Origin: Eledone cirrhosa
Taxonomy: Eukaryota
Length of the DNA stretch: 64,000 nucleotides
NCBI GenBank assembly: GCA_964016885.1
Contig: OZ024741.1
Location: 209,498,001-209,562,000 of the forward strand
Direction of reading: 5' to 3'
The first letter of the stretch is position 1. Each line of letters opens with the position of its first letter. The notes below the pieces were generated by a model. That model saw only the letters and a program-made list of their open reading frames with translations. It searched no databases and was not told the origin of the DNA. The position numbers and the translations under genes are program-made. Shown piece after piece: positions 56,771-64,000 of the stretch.

Positions 56771-57010
56771 CAACCTAACTTAACCCCAACTTAACTTAAC
56801 CGCAACCTAACTTAACCCCAACTTAACTTAACCGCAACTTAACTTAACCCCAACCTAACTTAACCCCAACTTAACTTAACCGCAACTTAACTTAACCGCA
56901 ACCTAACTTAACCCCAACTTAACTTAACCGCAACTTAACTTAACCGCAACTTAGCTTAACCCCAACCCTTGGTGGGATCGATCTGTAATTACTGGTACAT
57001 GTGCAGACAC

Positions 57011-60000
57011 TCATTGGCTGTGTGTGGCCTGATTTTTAGAAAGATATCTCCGTAAAATAACGAGTGGTGGCTGCGTAAAATAATGAATTACGCACGAAAA
57101 TGAGAAAATTTCTATTCTCGATCGTGGGCCGGCCGGATGTCGGATCGATTCGTAAATACAAGGATAATGTGCGGACACTCCTTGGCTGTGTGCGGCATGA
57201 TTTTCAGGACGATATCTCCGTAAAATCAAGAGTTGATAACCCCAACTTAACTTAACCCCAACTTAACTTAACCGCAACTTAACTTAACCGCAACCTAACT
57301 TAACCCCAACTTAACTTAACCGCAACCTAACTTAACCCCAACTTAACTTAACCGCAACTTAACTTAACCCCAACCTAAATTAACTCCAACTTAACTTAAC
57401 CGCAACTTAACTTAACCGCAACCTAACTTAACCCCAACTTAATTTAACCGCAACTTAACTTAACCGCAACTTAGCTTAACCCCAGCCCTTGGTGGGATCG
57501 ATCTGTAATTACTGGTACATGTGCAGACACTCATTGGCTGTGTGTGGCCTGATTTTCAGAAAGATATCTCCTTAAAATAACGAGTGGTGGCTGCGTAAAA
57601 TAATGAATTACGCACGAAAATGAGAAAATTTCGATTCTCGATCGTGGGCCGGCCGGATGTCGCATCGATTCGTAAATAGAAGGATAATGTGCGGACACTC
57701 CTTGGCTGTGTGCGGCATGATTTTCAGGACGATATTTCCGTAAAATCAAGAGTTGATAACCCCAACTTAACTTAACCCCAACTTAACTTAACCCCAACTT
57801 AACTTAACCGCAACTTAACTTAACCGCAACCTAACTTAACCCCAACTTAACTTAACCGCAACCTAACTTAACCACAACTTAACTTAACCGCAACTTAACT
57901 TAACCCCAACCTAACTTAACCCCAACTTAACTTAACCGCAACTTAACTTAACCGCAACCTAACTTAACCCCAACTTAACTTAACCGCAACTTAACTTAAC
58001 CGCAACTTAGCTTAACCCCAACCCTTGGTGGGATCGATCTGTAATTACTGGTACATGTGCAGACACTCATTGGCTGTGTGTGGCCTGATTTTCAGAAAGA
58101 TATCTCCGTAAAATAACGAGTGGTGGCTGCGTAAAATAATGAATTACGCACGAAAATGAGAAAATTTCGATTCTCGATTGTGGGCCGGCCGGATGTCGGA
58201 TCGATTCGTAAATACAAGGATAATGTGCGGACACTCCTTGGCTGTGTGCGGCATGATTTTCAGGACGATATCTCCGTAAAATCAAGAGTTGATAACCCCA
58301 ACTTAACTTAACCCCAACTTAACTTAACCGCAACTTAACTTAACCGCAACCTAACTTAACCCCAACTTAACTTAACCGCAACCTAACTTAACCCCAACTT
58401 AACTTAACCGCAACTTAACTTAACCCCAACCTAACTTAACCCCAACTTAACTTAACCGCAACTTAACTTAACCGCAACCTAACTTAACCCTAACTTAACT
58501 TAACCGCAACTTAACTTAACCGCAACTTAGCTTAACCCCAACCCTTGGTGGGATCGATCTGTAATTACTGGTACATGTGCAGACACTCATTGGCTGTGTG
58601 TGGCCTGATTTTCAGAAAGATATCTCCGTAAAATAACGAGTGGTGGCTGCGTAAATTAATGAATTACGCACGAAAATGAGAAAATTTCGATTCTCGATCG
58701 TGGGCCGGCCGGATGTCGGATCGATTCGTAAATACAAGGATAATGTGCGGACACTCCTTGCCTGTGTGCCGCATGATTTTCAGGACGATATCTCCGTAAA
58801 ATCAAGAGTTGATAACCCCAACTTAACTTAACCCCAACTTAACTTAACCGCAACTTAACTGAACCGCAACCTAACTTAACCCCAACTTAACTTAACCGCA
58901 ACCTAACTTAACCCCAACTTAACTTAACCGCAACTTAACTTAACCCCAACCTAACTTAACTCCAACTTAACTTAACCGCAACTTAACTTAACCGCAACCT
59001 AACTTAACCCCAACTTAACTTAACCGCAACTTAACTTAACCGCAACTTAGCTTAACCCCAACCCTTGGTGGAATCGATCTGTAATTACTGGTACATGTGC
59101 AGACACTCATTGGCCGTGTGTGGCCTGATTTTCAGAAAGATATCTCCGTAAAATAACGAGTGGTGGCTGCGTAAAATAATGAATTACGCACGAAAATGAG
59201 AAAATTTCGATTCTCGATCGTGGGCCGGCCGGATGTCGGATCGATTCGTAAATACAAGGATAATGTGCGGACACTCCTTGGCTGTGTGCGGCATGATTTT
59301 CAGGACGATATCTCCGTAAAATCAAGAGTTGATAACCCCAACTTGACTTAACCGCAACTTAACTTAACCGCAACCTAACTTAACCCTAACTTAACTTAAC
59401 CGCAACTTAACTTAACCGCAACTTAGCTTAACCCCAACCCTTGGTGGGATCGATCTGTAATTACTGGTACATGTGCAGACACTCATTGGCTGTGTGTGGC
59501 CTGATTTTCAGAAAGATATCTCCGTAAAATAACGAGTGGTGGCTGCGTAAAATAATGAATTACGCACGAAAATGAGAAAATTTCGATTCTCGATCGTGGG
59601 CCGGCCGGATGTCGGATCGATTCGTAAATACAAGGATAATGTGCGGACACTCCTTGCCTGTGTGCCGCATGATTTTCAGGACGATATCTCCGTAAAATCA
59701 AGAGTTGATAACCCCAACTTAACTTAACCCCAACTTAACTTAACCGCAACTTAACTTAACCGCAACCTAACTTAACCCCAACTTAACTTAACCGCAACCT
59801 AACTTAACCCCAACTTAACTTAACCGCAACTTAACTTAACCCCAACCTAACTTAACCCCAACTTAACTTAACCGCAACTTAACTTAACCGCAACCTAACT
59901 TAACCCCAACTTAACTTAACCGCAACTTAACTTAACCGCAACTTAGCTTAACCCCAACCCTTGGTGGGATCGATCTGTAATTACTGGTACATGTGCAGAC

Positions 60001-63000
60001 ACTCATTGGCTGTGTGTGGCCTGATTTTCAGAAAGATATCTCCGTAAAATAACGAGTGGTGGCTGCGTAAAATAATGAATTACGCACGAAAATGAGAAAA
60101 TTTCGATTCTCGATCGTGGGCCGGCCGGATGTCGGATCGATTCGTAAATACAAGGATAATGTGCGGACACTCCTTGGCTGTGTGCGGCATGATTTTCAGG
60201 ACGATATCTCCGTAAAATCAAGAGTTGATAACCCCAACTTAACTTAACCCCAACTTAACTTAACCGCAACTTAACTTAACCGCAACCTAACTTAACCCCA
60301 ACTTAACTTAACCGCAACCTAACTTAACCCCAACTTAACTTAACCGCAACTTAACTTAACCCCAACTTAACTTAACCCCAACTTAACTTAACCGCAACTT
60401 AACTTAACCGCAACCTAACTTAACCCCAACTTAACTTAACCGCAACTTAACTTAACCGCAACTTAGCTTAACCCCAACCCTTGGTGGGATCGATCTGTAA
60501 TTACTGGTATATGTGCAGACACTCATTGGCTGTGTGTGGCCTGATTTTCAGAAAGATATCTCCGTAAAATAACGAGTGGTGGCTGCGTAAAATAATGAAT
60601 TACGCACGAAAATGAGAAAATTTCCATTCTCGATCGTGGGCCGGCCGGATGTCGGATCGATTCGTAAATACAAGGATAATGTGCGGACACTCCTTGGCTG
60701 TGTGCGGCATGATTTTCAGGACGATATCTCCGTAAAATCAAGAGTTGATAACCCCAACTTAACTTAACCCCAACTTAACTTAACCGCAACTTAACTTAAC
60801 CGCAACCTAACTTAACCCCAACTTAACTTAACCGCAACCTAACTTAACCCCAACTTAACTTAACCGCAACTTAACTTAACCCCAACCTAACTTAACCCCA
60901 ACTTAACTTAACCGCAACTTAACTTAACCGCAACCTAACTTAACCCCAACTTAACTTAACCGCAACTTAACTTAACCGCAACTTAGCTTAACCCCAACCC
61001 TTGGTGGGATCGATCTGTAATTACTGGTACATGTGCAGACACTCATTGGCTGTGTGTGGCCTGATTTTTAGAAAGATATCTCCGTAAAATAACGAGTGGT
61101 GGCTGCGTAAAATAATGAATTACGCACGAAAATGAGAAAATTTCTATTCTCGATCGTGGGCCGGCCGGATGTCGGATCGATTCGTAAATACAAGGATAAT
61201 GTGCGGACACTCCTTGGCTGTGTGCGGCATGATTTTCAGGACGATATCTCCGTAAAATCAAGAGTTGATAACCCCAACTTAACTTAACCCCAACTTAACT
61301 TAACCGCAACTTAACTTAACCGCAACCTAACTTAACCCCAACTTAACTTAACCGCAACCTAACTTAACCCCAACTTAACTTAACCGCAACTTAACTTAAC
61401 CCCAACCTAAATTAACTCCAACTTAACTTAACCGCAACTTAACTTAACCGCAACCTAACTTAACCCCAACTTAATTTAACCGCAACTTAACTTAACCGCA
61501 ACTTAGCTTAACCCCAGCCCTTGGTGGGATCGATCTGTAATTACTGGTACATGTGCAGACACTCATTGGCTGTGTGTGGCCTGATTTTCAGAAAGATATC
61601 TCCTTAAAATAACGAGTGGTGGCTGCGTAAAATAATGAATTACGCACGAAAATGAGAAAATTTCGATTCTCGATCGTGGGCCGGCCGGATGTCGCATCGA
61701 TTCGTAAATAGAAGGATAATGTGCGGACACTCCTTGGCTGTGTGCGGCATGATTTTCAGGACGATATTTCCGTAAAATCAAGAGTTGATAACCCCAACTT
61801 AACTTAACCCCAACTTAACTTAACCCCAACTTAACTTAACCGCAACTTAACTTAACCGCAACCTAACTTAACCCCAACTTAACTTAACCGCAACCTAACT
61901 TAACCACAACTTAACTTAACCGCAACTTAACTTAACCCCAACCTAACTTAACCCCAACTTAACTTAACCGCAACTTAACTTAACCGCAACCTAACTTAAC
62001 CCCAACTTAACTTAACCGCAACTTAACTTAACCGCAACTTAGCTTAACCCCAACCCTTGGTGGGATCGATCTGTAATTACTGGTACATGTGCAGACACTC
62101 ATTGGCTGTGTGTGGCCTGATTTTCAGAAAGATATCTCCGTAAAATAACGAGTGGTGGCTGCGTAAAATAATGAATTACGCACGAAAATGAGAAAATTTC
62201 GATTCTCGATTGTGGGCCGGCCGGATGTCGGATCGATTCGTAAATACAAGGATAATGTGCGGACACTCCTTGGCTGTGTGCGGCATGATTTTCAGGACGA
62301 TATCTCCGTAAAATCAAGAGTTGATAACCCCAACTTAACTTAACCCCAACTTAACTTAACCGCAACTTAACTTAACCGCAACCTAACTTAACCCCAACTT
62401 AACTTAACCGCAACCTAACTTAACCCCAACTTAACTTAACCGCAACTTAACTTAACCCCAACCTAACTTAACCCCAACTTAACTTAACCGCAACTTAACT
62501 TAACCGCAACCTAACTTAACCCTAACTTAACTTAACCGCAACTTAACTTAACCGCAACTTAGCTTAACCCCAACCCTTGGTGGGATCGATCTGTAATTAC
62601 TGGTACATGTGCAGACACTCATTGGCTGTGTGTGGCCTGATTTTCAGAAAGATATCTCCGTAAAATAACGAGTGGTGGCTGCGTAAATTAATGAATTACG
62701 CACGAAAATGAGAAAATTTCGATTCTCGATCGTGGGCCGGCCGGATGTCGGATCGATTCGTAAATACAAGGATAATGTGCGGACACTCCTTGCCTGTGTG
62801 CCGCATGATTTTCAGGACGATATCTCCGTAAAATCAAGAGTTGATAACCCCAACTTAACTTAACCCCAACTTAACTTAACCGCAACTTAACTGAACCGCA
62901 ACCTAACTTAACCCCAACTTAACTTAACCGCAACCTAACTTAACCCCAACTTAACTTAACCGCAACTTAACTTAACCCCAACCTAACTTAACTCCAACTT

Positions 63001-64000
63001 AACTTAACCGCAACTTAACTTAACCGCAACCTAACTTAACCCCAACTTAACTTAACCGCAACTTAACTTAACCGCAACTTAGCTTAACCCCAACCCTTGG
63101 TGGAATCGATCTGTAATTACTGGTACATGTGCAGACACTCATTGGCCGTGTGTGGCCTGATTTTCAGAAAGATATCTCCGTAAAATAACGAGTGGTGGCT
63201 GCGTAAAATAATGAATTACGCACGAAAATGAGAAAATTTCGATTCTCGATCGTGGGCCGGCCGGATGTCGGATCGATTCGTAAATACAAGGATAATGTGC
63301 GGACACTCCTTGGCTGTGTGCGGCATGATTTTCAGGACGATATCTCCGTAAAATCAAGAGTTGATAACCCCAACTTGACTTAACCGCAACTTAACTTAAC
63401 CGCAACCTAACTTAACCCTAACTTAACTTAACCGCAACTTAACTTAACCGCAACTTAGCTTAACCCCAACCCTTGGTGGGATCGATCTGTAATTACTGGT
63501 ACATGTGCAGACACTCATTGGCTGTGTGTGGCCTGATTTTCAGAAAGATATCTCCGTAAAATAACGAGTGGTGGCTGCGTAAAATAATGAATTACGCACG
63601 AAAATGAGAAAATTTCGATTCTCGATCGTGGGCCGGCCGGATGTCGGATCGATTCGTAAATACAAGGATAATGTGCGGACACTCCTTGCCTGTGTGCCGC
63701 ATGATTTTCAGGACGATATCTCCGTAAAATCAAGAGTTGATAACCCCAACTTAACTTAACCCCAACTTAACTTAACCGCAACTTAACTTAACCGCAACCT
63801 AACTTAACCCCAACTTAACTTAACCGCAACCTAACTTAACCCCAACTTAACTTAACCGCAACTTAACTTAACCCCAACCTAACTTAACCCCAACTTAACT
63901 TAACCGCAACTTAACTTAACCGCAACCTAACTTAACCCCAACTTAACTTAACCGCAACTTAACTTAACCGCAACTTAGCTTAACCCCAACCCTTGGTGGG
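57011..64000. repeat. Recent tandem duplication with a 4032-bp (8-monomer) period
   Basis: Monomer types at 57011-59483 recur at 61043-63515, including the rare GGTGGAATCG variant at 59072 and 63104. Confidence 0.82.

Larger units (their letters stand above)
1..64000. repeat. Composite tandem satellite DNA array, modal monomer 520 bp, ~126 copies, head-to-tail, extending beyond both window ends
   Basis: The same core (CCCTTGGTGGGATCGATCTG...AAATCAAGAGTTGAT) and 16-bp minisatellite recur without interruption. ORF-track spacing is mostly 520 bp, with 376, 424, 472, 499, 504, 515, 536 and 552 bp variants. Copies differ by only a few substitutions. Confidence 0.98.

Noticed and set aside
406-63733. 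Repeated 72-aa minus-strand ORF (MILRRYRPENH...) as a multicopy gene
   Set aside because: The 'M' is a TTG (plus strand CAA), not ATG. Eighteen copies carry an in-frame stop (TAAATTAATG) and one is frameshifted. Many variants change amino acids, there is no recognisable domain, and the ILRRY duplication only mirrors the DNA duplication.
1-64000. CRISPR array or other repeat-spacer memory system
   Set aside because: There are no unique spacers, since all intervening sequence is near-identical. There is no leader or cas gene, and the unit sizes do not fit.
1-64000. Whole array as a sequencing concatemer or assembly artefact
   Set aside because: Monomers carry structured, heritable variants in nested order, which error or rolling-circle copying of one template would not give. 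The exact monomer order still needs read validation.

Overview
The whole 64 kb is one uninterrupted, head-to-tail, very homogeneous composite satellite DNA array: about 126 complete cores plus partial ones at both ends, all in the same orientation. The modal monomer is 520 bp. It has a ~280 bp CpG-rich core holding an old internal direct duplication (67 bp, 59/67 identical, offset 168 bp) and several short palindromes. The core is followed by a 240 bp strand-asymmetric minisatellite of 15 x 16-bp units (AACC[C/G]C-AAC[T/C]T-AACTT) in a fixed order, which reads telomere-like on the minus strand (TTAAG/TTAGG/TTGGGG). Monomer length varies almost only in steps of 16, 5 or 11 bp. Diagnostic SNPs show variable-length higher-order repeats (6-20 monomers), recombinant monomers and a ~16 kb block repeated ~39.1 kb away. 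The repeated 72-aa ORF is judged a by-product of the repeat. I found no supportable genes, RNA genes, CRISPR array or transposon ORFs. A eukaryotic, possibly insect, heterochromatic or (sub)telomeric origin is an inference, not shown by the sequence.
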